Counted from the first letter of the whole stretch, positions 48,768 to 62,930 are shown. The stretch is 62,960 nt of DNA, filler included, from Octopus bimaculoides (GCF_001194135.2; 5 parts of 4 records of this genome joined end to end with filler, not necessarily neighbours in it); one strand, 5' to 3'. The notes: generated from the sequence alone by a model not told the origin. Made by a program: numbers and translations.

Positions 48768-49165
48768 NNNNNNNNNNNNNNNNNNNNNNNNNNNNNNNNN
48801 NNNNNNNNNNNTTAATTAATTAANNNNNNNNNNNNNNNNNNNNNNNNNNNNNNNNNNNNNNNNNNNNATATGTACAGACAGATAGATAGATAGATATGCC
48901 AGTACAGAAAGCAACACAGCCAGGTGCATACATGCATGCAAGTATATATTTGTATACGCATGCAAAAATATATACTTATGTGCATGTATACACGGATGTA
49001 AAGGGTCAGGTAGATGAATACATACGGACACAAATATAGACATGTAGGCAAGAAAAAATGCACACAAGTATCAAAATACATATTTGCATAAGCAAGCGAA
49101 TAAGGATACACAACCAGCAGAATCACACCCGTATAAAAGTGTGTGTGCGTGCGTGTGTGTGTGTG

Positions 49166-49212
<47 letters not shown>

Positions 49213-49559
49213 ATTTAAGTTTCCCGTGCCTGCATTTATGTATGGAATAGAAATATAGAAAAATGCATAAAATGAGGGTATAGAGGAACTGGTGTGAGGT
49301 CCTAAACAAGTGAACTCGTCACTGTGTATGAGTTTTAACGTGTGTCCCTGCCCTGATTCGCAGGTAAGTACCTGTACATTTGTGGTGTACCAGCTGCTCA
49401 TATATCAGTGCGAGTTAACCATAAACAATCCTGCAGAAATGTGTACGTACAATCTTGATACAAATGAAAATACAGCTTCGTATGCATCCATTATGTTAAT
49501 ATATAACTATAAAGTGGAACATGCATCAAAATATATACGTAATGCATATACAATTAGGT

Positions 49560-51180
49560 ATTGAGCTATTCATGTTTTCTAAGGGTGTTATAGAGGTTGT
49601 AAGATGCTGTATGGCGGTTGAGGATGTTAGGTGCTTTTTGGTTTAAGAGCTACCGTTGGAGTTATGGATCATAAGTTTTTGCTCTTACATATTTCACGTG
49701 ATAGAGCGTGAAGTGTTAAATTCTTTTAGGTTTCAGATATGCTTGGTTAGACTTGTATTAAATCTACTGTTAATATTTCCAAAAATAAAAGCGGTGACCT
49801 AGCTGAATTGTTAGCACGCAGGGAAAAGTGCTTAGCGGCATGTCGTCTGTCTTTACATTCTGAGTTCAAATCTCCGCCGAAGTCGACTTTGTCATTCCTC
49901 CTTTCAGGGTCGATAAAATAAGAATCAGTTGAACGCTGGAGTCGATGTAATCGACTTACCCACGTCCTCCGAAATTTCCAAATATATTCAGATGTTGGTT
50001 AATATAGAGTTTAAATTCATTCAAAGTTGGGGCTATATATTGTCTATATTGTGCATGTACAGTAACGGAATGTACAGATTTTGTGAGGAGGCAGTTATTG
50101 TTGAGCTGATAGTTAAGAGACTTCCTGTAGTTGTAGGATTCATTGTTGAGGATTATGTACTGAATTAGGATTTTTTCGCGATTTATTTAGCACGGGGACT
50201 GGACGAGATCAAAGTTTCCGAATTTGTTGGAAGCTTTGATAGAGTTGGTACCTTAAATGGTTTGGTATTTGTGTGTTAAAACTGATCGTATACTGATGAA
50301 GAATTTCGACTGGAATGAGTGTGATTGCTTGAATGTTATATGATTAGTGATACGAGGTAACCTTTCGTTTTTATTTCTGGGTGTATGACGTGGTGGTGCG
50401 TATTTAAACTATTTTTAAAAACTGTTTAGTCAGCAATGTTATCTGAAAGTTTGTAAAATGAGAGAAACATTTTGATAATAGAGGTTCGAGGTTATATGTA
50501 ACGATCGAGTTTTCTTAGATTGTTCTATGGCACGCGTATGGAGATATAAAATAACATTCAAGAAATCCGAAGTTTTTATCTGGATATTCATGGATGTTTT
50601 CGGTAGGGATGTGAAATATTTCGTGAGATTGTCTGTGGTTCTGAAATCGGTGTTCTTGAAGATTTGCTGAGATGGGCGATTGGTTTGTGTGTGCGATCTG
50701 TTTTAGAGAAGTTCCTTTTGAAAAGATGGGTAATAGTTATCGACGTTATATCGAGTGAACGAATGCCTAATTTTCGGGGGAGGGGTGAGGGTAGAACTTT
50801 ATAGTTCATAACATCCATGTTGTTTCATAAGGCTTGTCGTGTTTCTTATTTTTCCTGTGGTTATATTATTGTCTGAAATTGTTTTACTAACACCCCTGGT
50901 TGGTGTTTAATTGGATTAAAATAATTGTGAATAGGTTTCTATGGAAGCTGGATTGTGGTCCATATAGTATGAAGTCGTATTCAATAAAACAAACCTATCG
51001 TTGGTCATTATTATGTCTGCTTCCGCGTTTTTGTTCACAATTATGTTGAGCGATGTTCTTCCATATGTGTTTGTTATGGAGTTTAACAGAACTCCTTAGA
51101 ATATAGTTGGATTGATCTTGTGTAGGTTCTTCACTTTCAAATCTCCATTACTGGAAACTGTTGTGTTATTAAGACCGGAG
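49560..51180 (-). mobile_element. Degraded Penelope-like element, interrupted by a family C SINE (49790-49980)
   Basis: Minus strand NNCLLTKSVH..QYIAPTLNEFK..NTSLTKHIxNLK parallels the GIY-YIG region at 36060. Confidence 0.6.
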
Positions 51181-51494
51181 ATTTCATAAAGAGATTCTGA
51201 TGGAAAGTCCTATATGATGATATAAATAACTATGAATCACCACCCTGAACCAAAATCCGGCTTTAGAACTATTAAATAACCTAACGCTTCCAATAAATTA
51301 CAAACTTTGAAAGGATTTACACTAGTTAATCAAAAAAATATTTCAACAAATTCCAGTGTGACTTTAAAAATATCGAACTTGGTTTATTCTCAAAATCAAG
51401 CTACATCCACAAAGCGTTGGATGAACCGACTAACCCACACAAAATCAAACTCGCCACACACCATAAGGCTATACAGAGGCATATAAATATACAT

Positions 51495-52390
51495 ATTCTT
51501 TTACTCTTTTACTTGTTTCAGTCATTTGACTGTGGCCATGCTGAAGCACCACCTTGAAGGGTTTTAGTCGAACAAATCGACCACAGGTCTTTTTTCTTTT
51601 TAGTGTAGACGTTATTCTATCGGTCGCCTTTGCCGAATCGCTATGTTACAGGGACATAGACACACCAACACCGGTGATGGGGGCGACAAACACGGACACA
51701 AAACACAGATATATGTATATATATATATTCTTATACTTGATTTAGGTCATTTGACTGCGGCCATGCTGGAGCACCGTCTTTAGTCGAACAAATNNNNNNN
51801 NNNNNNNNNNNNNNNNNNNNNNNNNNNNNNNNNNNNNNNNNNNNNNNNNNNNNNNNNNNNNNNNNNNNNNNNNNNNNNNNNNNNNNNNNNNNNNNNNNNN
51901 NNNNNNNNNNNNNNNNNNNNNNNNNNNNNNNNNNNNNNNNNNNNNNNNNNNNNNNNNNNNNNNNNNNNNNNNNNNNNNNNNNNNNNNNNNNNNNNNNNNN
52001 NNNNNNNNNNNNNNNNNNNNNNNNNNNNNNNNNNNNNNNNNNNNNNNNNNNNNNNNNNNNNNNNNNNNNNNNNNNNNNNNNNNNNNNNNNNNNNNNNNNN
52101 NNNNNNNNNNNNNNNNNNNNNNNNNNNNNNNNNNNNNNNNNNNNNNNNNNNNNNNNNNNNNNNNNNNNNNNNNNNNNNNNNNNNNNNNNNNNNNNNNNNN
52201 NNNNNNNNNNNNNNNNNATATATATACGACGGGCTTCTCTCAGTTTCCGTCTACCAAATCCACTCACAAGGCTTTGGTCGGCCAGAGGTTATAGTGGAAG
52301 ACACTTGCCCAAAGTGCCACGCAGTGGGAAGGAACCTGGAACCATGTGGTAGCGGAGCAAGCTTCTTATCACACAGCCGCGCCTGCACCT
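51495..52390 (-). mobile_element. SINE family A copies flanking a gap
   Basis: Tails 51495-51715 and 51735-51793; head 52225-52390. Confidence 0.8.
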
Positions 52391-52717
52391 ATATATTTTT
52401 AGATCATAAATATACGTTTACCTAAAAATTATTTCCATGGCTACATCTATTTATCTTTAAACATTAATCTATATTTATTGTACGATTTGGAAGATTGTCC
52501 ATACTTGAATGGTGCTCAACCTCACAAGTATTTGAGAAATACTTTTGCTGTATTAGACTGACTAACGGCATATTGAATCTTGCCTTCTCTTCTTTCAGCA
52601 TCTTATTTCGTTTTATTCTTCTTTCTGCATATGTGTATATTCATGTCGATATATTTATATATCGATATGTACGCATGTGTGCATGCATGTAAGTATATAG
52701 TTATGTTTCTATATATG

Positions 52718-55560
52718 TTTTTTTTTTGTGTTTATTTAATTTCTCAAGAGAGTTCAAGCCGATCACTAACAAAACGACAAGGCGTTTGTAAATACGTAGT
52801 TGAGTTTGTGAGATGGTTGAGCTATCGATGAACACACCCAAGTGCGTGCATTTATTCATGTGAATCATTGGAATGTCTTACAAATCTTCCCAGTGCTGCT
52901 AATAGATTGGATTTAAAAATCCGCATGTTTCTTTTGCTTTTTCTTCAAAAACTTAGTATTTCTAAGTTTTTGTGTACATTAGGTAGCCTAATGTACGTAT
53001 GATGATTGGTACAAATGATAATTCATTGTCAGAGTACAAGAGCTGTAAGTTCTGCATTAATTCACCATAAATCTTTCTCCTGGACTTTTGATGGTACATT
53101 CACATTTGATGTATATGTCCGGGCAATCCTCCCTATAGTGTTGTAAATACTCTTTGCAACTATATCATGCCTCAGAGACAAGTAGTATCTCGTAAACATT
53201 TTGAGGTAGCTGCTGCTGATGTGGGTGATATCTTTCACACTGGTATAGCAGGGCCGACATATTCTATCACAATGTAGAGACTTGTCGGTATATTTGCCTC
53301 TCTTGTTTATCACGTATTTAGTAGCTGTCTTCTGTTCGTGGATAGGGAAAGCATTACTTTCAAGGTAAGACGTCTCATCAGGACAATTCTCCAACGCACA
53401 AGTTCTTGGGTTTAAATGGCTGTTGTGCGTATCTGTGGTGTTGAACTGGTTGATCACTCTCCCTATTCTCTCGATTTTACCCCATCTGACTATCATTTGT
53501 TCCCCAACATGAAAAAAACACTTGGCTGGGAACCAGTATCGTAATGATGATGATTTCATAGCTGCTGTTGATGACACTTTGATTAACATGATGTAAGCTT
53601 CTTTACGAATGGAGTCAAGTACTGGAACATCGATGGAAGAAGTGTGTGGCATTCAAGGGGTCTATGTTGAACAATAAATCTCATTTGGTCATATTCCATG
53701 ATAGTACTTCGGTCAGACTATGAACTTGTCGGCCGACCCTCGTAATATGTCTGTCACAGGTCCAGGGGAGGCTACTCTTTCTGTCATTGCTATTGTTATC
53801 CTCTATTTTACAGGACATGCACTCATGCATTGCTTTCTGCTGGTATGATGCTTGCTTCTTCACCAAGCTTCTGTTTAGGCCAGTCCTGCCCCCTCTTGGT
53901 CACATGAGATAATTGTATATCAGAGTACCTGCACAATAGTTCTTCTCCAACTCTGAAGATGTTGTCGCTCTCACTTTTAAGTATACATGAAAAGGAAGGT
54001 GTTGTTTGAGTGATACAATGCAACATTTCAAAGCTGGTTAGAATTTCCTTATGCTTCTGCCGCCATCGCTTCGTGTCACATAGATGCTATTGGTGTCGTT
54101 GTTTATATGGAGTTGCCAGCGGTGGTTAGTACCTTTCTGGGTTTGATGTCCAGGCTGCGTATCTCATCTAGTATCCATTTCAATATCCTAAATGTTAGCA
54201 ATAGCACTGGTACTGCAAAAGCATTGTAACATATGTTCTTGTTAAATGCAGATAAATCTGAGTTTCACATTTTCCGGAGTCTACAGAAATACTTTTTGTT
54301 ATTCTGGCTTTAGTCACAGTACCAACGTAAGCAACATTCTCATCGACACTGAGATACTTATACTTTTCATCATTAGAGATAAGAGAAATAAACAAGGCAT
54401 TCATGTACATGTTGTCTACCTGGTCGACAATCTTTCCTCGGTAGACTATCGTGTATGAGCATTCATTTCACCCAATTCCATTCCGGTCTCATGAAAATGT
54501 GGTGACTAGTTTTAATTGTCTCTTGATGTTGTCTATGTTACCAGAATATAACTTCAGGTCATCATAAAAAAATGTGTGGGTGACATTAATGTTATTCTTT
54601 TCTGAATATCCCAGGATGTAGCCTGGGCATTTTGCTAACAGGGTTGACAAGGATTTACTGCTAGTACAAACATTACAGATACACTATCATCCTAAAGTAT
54701 GCCTAATTCTGTTTATAACAATAGGTATTGCTTTAGTAGTTGTCAATGATAACTCTGTGGATCTTGTGGTCAGTCTTTCAATGGCATTCCCTATAGCACC
54801 TGGTACATTAGCAAGGTGTAGTGATTCTATCATCCATGAGTGCGGCACAGAGTTGAACGTCTTCTTGTAGTCAAACCATGTTGTTAAGAGATTACGGTGA
54901 TGTTGCTTGGCTTCCTTAAGGACAGCTTTGTTCAGGAGCTGTTCAGCGCAGCCCCAGACCCCTTTCTTTCATCCTGTCTGTTCTTCAGTTATCACACCAT
55001 TTGTTTACTGTGGTCTTGAAGAAACATATTCAGACAACTTGTGTACAGTTTGTACATAACATTCAAGTATGCTATGCATCTAGTTTTTGACCACATTGGT
55101 CTCTTTTGTTCTCAAGGATAAAAGCAGTCCGTGCACCATCAGCCAATCTGGTATATCTAGCTCGGCGTCCATTATTTCGTGAGAATTTCACAGTAGAACG
55201 TGAGATTTTTGTACCAGTAGCCTACTATCGGGTCTCTCCCAGGTGGTTGTCCATTCGGCAGTTTCATAAAAACCATCAGGAGTATTTCACTGGTAATATT
55301 ATATATTTTGAGAGAGACATCGACACAATACCCACTTTGTAGTTCCTTCAACCATGCTCCATTGCGATTGCGTTCTTTGTTTATATCCCAAATTCTACGC
55401 TAAAATGATTCTAGGTCTTCCTGGGGAGGAACATTCACTACATTTATGGTATCACATTTCATACAGCAATATCCAGCTTATGGTTTCGGGTAAACTTCCA
55501 GTTTATAATTTTTCGTTCATGTAAATTTCTACAATAACGAAGTTTTTCACTTATCGTTCG
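52718..55560 (-). mobile_element. R4/Dong-like non-LTR retrotransposon (RT + CCHC + REL endonuclease), pseudogenised
   Basis: GVWGCAEQLLNKAVLKEAK..TWFDYKKTFNSVPHSW, FYDDLKLY, CRPC..DITHISS..RYYLSLRHDIVAK, KICKTFQ*; poly-T at ~52718-52727 as tail. Confidence 0.85.
53447..53744 (+). mobile_element. mariner transposase 3' end and right TIR nested in the R4-like element
   Basis: HSPYSLDFTPSDYHLFPNMKK...HRWKKCV...YVEQ*; TIR gaacttgtcggccgaccctcg|ta. Confidence 0.85.
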
Positions 55561-55617
55561 TAGTTCGTGTATGTATGTATGTATGTATGTATGTATGTAT
55601 GTATGTATGCATGCATT

Positions 55618-55648
<31 letters not shown>

Positions 55649-56696
55649 CCAGGCAGCCAGGCAGGTAGGTGGCTAGGTAGCTAGGTATGTTTTCCTTAAA
55701 ATTTAAATTCTTCTTCATCTTGGCGAAGCCGGTCGCTAACAAAGCGACAAGGCAAGACATTTCGCGGAGTTTATTAATACTTGGTTGACCTATTGTGTTG
55801 TGAGCAGAGATGTAGGTATATACACCGCACTTATGTTTTGTGTATATTTGTCTCTTTAGTACTTAACTACGTCTCTATGTTTATCTCTGTCTGTTTGTTT
55901 GCTTGTCTGTCTGTATATTTGTCTGTCTTTCTGCCTGATTCCTTGTCTGTATGCATGTATGCATGCATGTATGTATGTATGTATGTATGTATGTATGCAT
56001 GTATGTATGTATGTAAGTATGTATGTATGTATGTACGTACGTATGCATGTATTACTTACGTATGTATGCATTATGTATGTATGTATGTATGTATGTATGT
56101 ATGTATGCATGCATGTATTATACATGTATGTTTGCCTGCCTGTCATTTTGTTTGTCTAAATGTATGTATTTATGTATATATGTAAGTAAATATGTACGCA
56201 TGGAAGCATGTATATTCGCGCTTGTCTGTATCTATGCATATTACTATACATTGTATTTGTATACGTTTGTTTGTATGTATAAAAGAAATTGTAATTTAAG
56301 ATAACTGGAATTCTAAAATGTGTGGATTCAAACATGATCACGTGTTTTAGCGTTTCCTCTCAATTGTTGTTGTTGTTGTATTCATAAAAGTAATAACATT
56401 ATAAAGCTGTTACTACCATGAGGAGATACCTAGACAAGTGCGAATGTACATACACTACACATACATACGTACACACACCCATATATGCATATATACATAT
56501 ACATATATACATACAGACACCCCATCCCCACCCACTACCCCGCCATATATATATATTTACATATATACATATATATTATACATTTACATATATATACATA
56601 TATATATATGTATAAGGGTGAGAATATATGAATGTATATACATATACATAGTTATGTATAAATACATGTATACATATTTATAAATGCACACACACG

Positions 56697-56730
<34 letters not shown>

Positions 56731-56791
56731 TGCACACACACATATATGCATCCGTGTATGTGTGTGTGCGTGTGTGTACATGTGTGTGTGC

Positions 56792-56835
<44 letters not shown>

Positions 56836-57117
56836 AATCTGAAAGCTACTGTACATAAATAGTCGGAGAATAAACAGTGTATTTTTAACTACAATAAACA
56901 GACCAATTCTTAGACTTGTACAAGAACTCCAGTATGAAATATTTTCAAAAAATAATACGAAAACTTCGAAAGTCAGAGTAAACAAGGAGTTCAAAGATAA
57001 AACAAATAAATAAAAAATATATTCAGTTTTCTAACAAATATATTATTATTTATAATAACCTTGGAGTACATAAAATAACTTTCTCTTAAATTTAGTATTT
57101 GAACAAACACATCTCTC

Positions 57118-57173
<56 letters not shown>

Positions 57174-57599
57174 GTGTGTATATATGCAAAAATGCCTCTC
57201 CCTCTCTCACTCTTTCTCTGTATATTTGTGTGTGTGTATGTATGCGTGTATGTATGTGTGTATATATAAGTTTGTGTGTGTATGTGTGTGTGTATGTGTG
57301 TGTAGACGGACACATGGCAGAAGTCAACTAGTAACCGAGTACGACCACTTCTTACACTCAAACCCAAGCAGTTCCTCTGCATCAATTTGTTTTGCGTGGA
57401 TAAAAGGTTGCACGTCACTGAAGAAAGTTTTATGTATCCTGTGTTACAACAGAGGTTGAGACGACCAGAAATTATCTACACTTCAGGTTACTTTTGTTTT
57501 TAATACGTATTTACCTTCTCCAAGAAGGGAGTTCTGACGAAAACTAGATGTCTCAATGATACATACTTACGTACATAAATACAAATATGCATATACATA

Positions 57600-57955
57600 C
57601 ATATATAAAAAAAACGGACCAATTCGCTGAGAAGATTGTGCTTGGGTACGTGGCACAAAAGACACAACCCATAGGAGGAATTGATCATATCAAAGCCTGG
57701 TATGGAGTACCGGCAAATCTATGACATTCCACTTCGAAAATGTTCTCCATGCAATTCAAGAACAAGAGATTAGCACCAAGTACCTGCACCATAAGAAGCC
57801 GAAAACATCGATAGACAACAAATGTAGGCTGTACAAGACCAACGGTGAAGACATCAACCACATTATTGGCAACTGCGAGAGAATGTCTTTCAGATATTAT
57901 CTTCCCAATAGCAATCATGTAGTGGCCAAAACAATCTTACATGATAATTGAGAGG
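57600..57955 (+). mobile_element. Fragment of R4/Dong-like element (zinc-knuckle region)
   Basis: FHFENVLHAIQEQEISTKYL..DNKCRLY..EDINHIIGNC..RYYL..HVVAK, homologous to 53100-53400 (-). Confidence 0.8.
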
Positions 57956-58286
57956 TAGTAGATACTGCTCAACAAGCCAAGTGCCTAGGTAATAGTTTAA
58001 ATTGTTCCGACCTTTGGCACGACAAATACAACAGATAACTGGCTGGAATCCCGTGAGTGGTTTTACTCAGTACATACACGTGTGAGATGTGTGTGGTGAA
58101 AGAAATGTGCGTTTGTAAAGTAGACTATTTCCGCATAGATAAAGGTTTCAGCCGGTTCTTAGAAAACATCATTGATTAACTGAATATTCGATAAAGGAAA
58201 AGGGATGTAATGCTTTTGATTAAAGTTTGCATAGTTAGGGAAAACTTTGGGCGAACCAAGAGCACACAAAGATATGCACTCACAAA

Positions 58287-58403
<117 letters not shown>

Positions 58404-58436
58404 TAATACAGGCACGGTTACGCACATAAAATCAAA

Positions 58437-58509
58437 TGCGCATATGCACTTGCGCTGCTGCGCATATGTACTTGCGCTGCTGAGCATATGCACTTGCGCT
58501 GCTGCGCAT
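58437..58509. repeat. 22-bp minisatellite, 3.3 copies
   Basis: tgcgcatatgcacttgcgctgc repeated. Confidence 0.92.
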
Positions 58510-58634
58510 TAACACAGAAATTCATATACATATCTGAAAAATGTTTATATAAGGGTGTTTATGTATTTATGTCTGTGTATGTATTTGTGTTCAGGTAATA
58601 CTCGTTTCTATTGCACGCGTACACACACACGCAT

Positions 58635-58670
<36 letters not shown>

Positions 58671-58814
58671 ATACACACTTATATACACCTCATGCATATG
58701 ACTTAGTATGCATGTATGTGTGTAGCTGTGCATGTGTGGGTATTTGCATGAATATGTGTATATGTGCGAAAGAACGTACACCGAGTTATATAAACAGGTT
58801 AACAGACTCCAAGG

Positions 58815-58849
<35 letters not shown>

Positions 58850-59381
58850 AAAAGAGAGAGGAATAGAGAAAGTGAACGAGAGAGAGAGAACGAGAGAGGG
58901 AAAAAGAGAGAGTGAAAGCGGTAAAAAGAGAGGTAAAGAAAATTAGAAAGGTACTGCATAAAGGCACAAAGACAGAGCGGAAGTAATAAATAAATGTTCA
59001 GACATCATCATATGTCATAACGAGCGGAAGTGATGAGAAAGGAAGTGGATACAGAATTTGGTTGACATACATAATATATACGTTCGCAACTATAATGTCT
59101 CTATACATGTTTATTTTGTGAATAGATATATCTATAAATATGTAATTTGTTTATATAGACATAAATTTATTAGTGTCTCCTGTTAGTGGTTGTCCTGTTA
59201 GGTTAACTCTAAATCAGCTAAGGATTAATTGGTGATACCATAACGACCAACAACTCCTAGAAAGGAGGGAGCCATCAGCTGTTTTCGAATACATCCCTAT
59301 CGCGCGCGCGCGCAAATGAACTCAGGTGAGATTTATGAAGTTAGCTTTGCACCAATTGGTACCAAATTAATCGTTCTGCCT

Positions 59382-59676
59382 ACCGCCCTCGACAAGCGTC
59401 TTCTACCAACTATTCTGCCTATGTGTCTGTGCACACCTTTGAATGCCGTGTATGCCAGAATGCTTGCAAATCCAACGGAGGCCTCAAAAGACATTTTAAG
59501 ATCCACAATGTGCAGAACTTATCTGCAGTTCTTGGTGGTTCAAATCAGAGGTGCAATCTGTGTGGGTGTCTTTTCAGAACATTGTCTGGTTTAAAAAGCC
59601 ACATCAGATGCCATGACTGTGCTAAGGTATAGCTATAGGAGGTGGTCAAACTCTGCATAAGGAGAAGACAACCACC
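59382..59676 (+). mobile_element. Second copy of the C2H2-encoding LINE 3' end
   Basis: FECRVCQNACKSNGGLKRHFKIH, CNLCGCLFRTLSGLKSHIRCH; same terminal hairpin. Confidence 0.7.
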
Positions 59677-60349
59677 ATATATATATANNNNNNNNNNNNN
59701 NNNNNNNNNNNNNNNNNNNNNNNNNNNNNNNNNNNNNNNNNNNNNNNTGTGTGTGTTGTGTCTATGTACGCGCGTGCGTAATTTTCAATGTGCCACTGTG
59801 TCTATTTATATATGTCTATGTGTGTCTAAATTGTGTCCGTCTCTTTATGCTTCGTATCATAGCGGTTGGACGAAGTTTCAAAGACTGATCATTCCAAATT
59901 TCTTGCCTTTCTATAATTGAACATATACAGCAAAAAATGTTTACATATCATAGCGCATGCTAGTTAGTATACATGCAATAGCTAAAGAACAGAATTCGCT
60001 AAAAAAAAATAGTGCCAATCCGTAAAATGGAAGTTGCCAGAACTTAAGACACTGAAGTAAAAATGGAAAATAATTGTACAAAGTGATGTGATAGACAGGG
60101 AACATGAGAAAACAAACGGGGAAATATAGGGGCACTTTATAATATACGTGAACAATAACAGGGCAAGGGAAATAAAAGGTGAGAAATTTTTAAAGCTCTT
60201 TAAAAAACAGGTTGGTAAAAATGGAGGTAAAACATTCTTATATCAGTTACTATCGATTTGTCTGCTCCTATTTCGTAGGAATGCTGCAGGAAGGAACCGC
60301 CTGAATTCCAGGATCCCCTTTAATTTTGCAATATCTGAATACACACGAA

Positions 60350-60515
60350 GATGGCGAGCTGGTATATCGTTAGCACACCGGGCAAAACGCTTAGCAGCAT
60401 TGGGGTCGACTTTGCCTTTCGTTCTTCCGAGATCGATAAAATAAGCACCAGTTGAGCATTGTAGTTGGTGTAATCGAGTAACCCACTCAAAATTTCAGGC
60501 TTGGTGTTTATAGTA
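60350..60515 (+). mobile_element. SINE family C
   Basis: atggcgagctgg head, gtcgactttgcctttc, gatcgataaaataagcaccag core. Confidence 0.75.
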
Positions 60516-60570
60516 GAACGTGTATGTATGTATGTATGTATGTATGTATGTATGTATGTATGTATGTATG

Positions 60571-60614
<44 letters not shown>

Positions 60615-60796
60615 NNNNNNNNNNNNNNNNNNNNNNNNNNNNNNNNNNNNNNNNNNNNTTAATTAATTAANNNNNNNNNNNNNNNNNNNNNNNNNNNNNN
60701 NNNNNNNNNNNNNNTATATATATATATAGTGTAATACAAAAGTATTGCTAACCAGTAAAACAAAGCACCATGAGGTTAAAGTATAAATAGGCGTTC

Positions 60797-60863
<67 letters not shown>

Positions 60864-60864
<1 letters not shown>

Positions 60865-61340
60865 GCGTGAGGGAGCAGTACATGCCATCAAAGTGATACG
60901 GGGGTACAAATATACAAAGCTCAATATACTGATCATGACTACCCGTCTGATAAGGGTACAACAGGCACATGCATCACAATTATATGTGCGAGATATGGTG
61001 ATCTCATATCAAGAAAGACAGATGGGGTCCATTTTGAATTTTCTTCATGTCGAGTAGCTCATCCCGCTCAAAAGATCCCTGAATTAAGTTTCTTTAAGGA
61101 TGATGAACAAAACATTCATATTTGCAGAGGTGAATTTATTCACACCCCAAAGAATTCTTCACAGCATAGCTATCTATGATGCTCCCCCACTACTTCTGTT
61201 CGTGGTCATAGATTCACATATCGTAAGCCACTAAGGGACATGCTCAACTGGTTGAGGTTAAGCAACTGACAAGCAAATCTGTGTTATTAAGCAGAATATT
61301 TGCTGTAGCCCATCTTCTATGCCAAGACAAAACATGCACG
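60864..61340 (-). mobile_element. Probable retroelement 3' fragment with (AAT)n tail
   Basis: Complex sequence abutting a (TTA)n tract at 60800-60863; family not identified. Confidence 0.35.
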
Positions 61341-61963
61341 TGATTATTATTATTATCTGTGTTACATTTCCTATTTTGTTATAATAGTACGCAAAAATAT
61401 TTGCCAATAAAGGATTGATTTGTCAATTAACCTTTCCAATTTACTCTCCTTCCACTTAAAAATGTATTTCAGTTATCTCTGATACGTATAACGAAGATGG
61501 TCTTCATATGTGTGACCCGCATTTAAGTGACCTCGGGCTATTTCTTTTTCGTATGTTTTTAATATATTGATTCAACTAACACTTTGTTAGTGTCTCGCTT
61601 GCTGAAAGCTTCAAATTAATTCAAAAGTATCGTTAATAACTATTGTATATACAAATATATATACATGCAATATATATATGTATGTATATATACACATATA
61701 GATTCATATATATATGCACATATTTAGATTCACGCACACACATACTAGCATATGCTTATGTATATTCATATACACACACACACACATATATATATATACA
61801 TACATACATACATATATATACAAACATATACACATACACATAAATGTACATATATAAATATATATATATATAGACATATGTATATGTATATTCATATATA
61901 TAAACATCTATCTATCTATCTATCTATCTATCTGAATATATAAATGTGTATATATATATATAT

Positions 61964-62012
<49 letters not shown>

Positions 62013-62731
62013 NNNNNNNNNNNNNNNNNNNNNNNNNNNNNNNNNNNNNNNNNNNNNNNNNNNNNNNNNNNNNNNNNNNNNNNNNNNNNNNNNNNNNNNN
62101 NNNNNNNNNNNNNNNNNNNNNNNNNNNNNNNNNNNNNNNNNNNNNNNNNNNNNNNNNNNNNNNNNNNNNNNNNNNNNNNNNNNNNNNNNNNNNNNNNNNN
62201 NNNNNNNNNNNNNNNNNNNNNNNNNNNNNNATGAACATATTTTAACATATATTTACGGACGCACACAATGAGTAAGTTTAAGTTTTAAAAACGAGGAAAA
62301 GAAACCAGACGAAATGATAAAAACAAAAAAAAAACAACCCGATACAGAACAAAAGAAAGAAAAAAAAACAGGCATTTGACGTCGTTTCAACGTGGTTTGA
62401 TGGGGAAGAATAAATAAAAAAGAAAAAAGTAACTAAGATTCGCAAGTCTGAAAAATCTTGTCGGTGAACAAACAATTCACAATAGTAAAGTTTTCAACAC
62501 TTCATTGCATACACACACGCGCGCGTCCGCGTGCAAACATAGGAACACGCACAGGTACATACATATACACACACCAGTATATACATATGAGTAGAAATTC
62601 GTTGCTATCATCGGCAAACAATGTTTAGGCATCAGATCACTTGAGATTAGTTAAAACATGCTTGTGACGTATTTCGACTTCTCCACCGCGGAGAAACATT
62701 TCTATGGTAAAAGGTGTAAAAACACCATGTT

Positions 62732-62930
62732 TGTCCAGTGCTGCCCCCTTTCGGATTTCCAGACGCTCGGGTAGTCTAATAATGCAAATCAGTGTATGTT
62801 TTTGGTTGTGTTTTAAAGCTACGGCAATAAAATTGTCCAGAGTTACCTCACTTCGGTATTTCCTATTGATAATGGCTAGAAAAGCTAGAAACACAGCGTC
62901 TGGGAATCCGAAAGTGGGCAGCACTGGATA
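62732..62930. mobile_element. ~200-bp MITE with 36-bp terminal inverted repeats
   Basis: 62732-62767 vs reverse complement of 62895-62930 match 33/36. Confidence 0.8.

Noticed and set aside
62637-62924. 95-aa minus-strand ORF
   Set aside because: Overlaps a MITE; non-ATG start; no recognisable motif.
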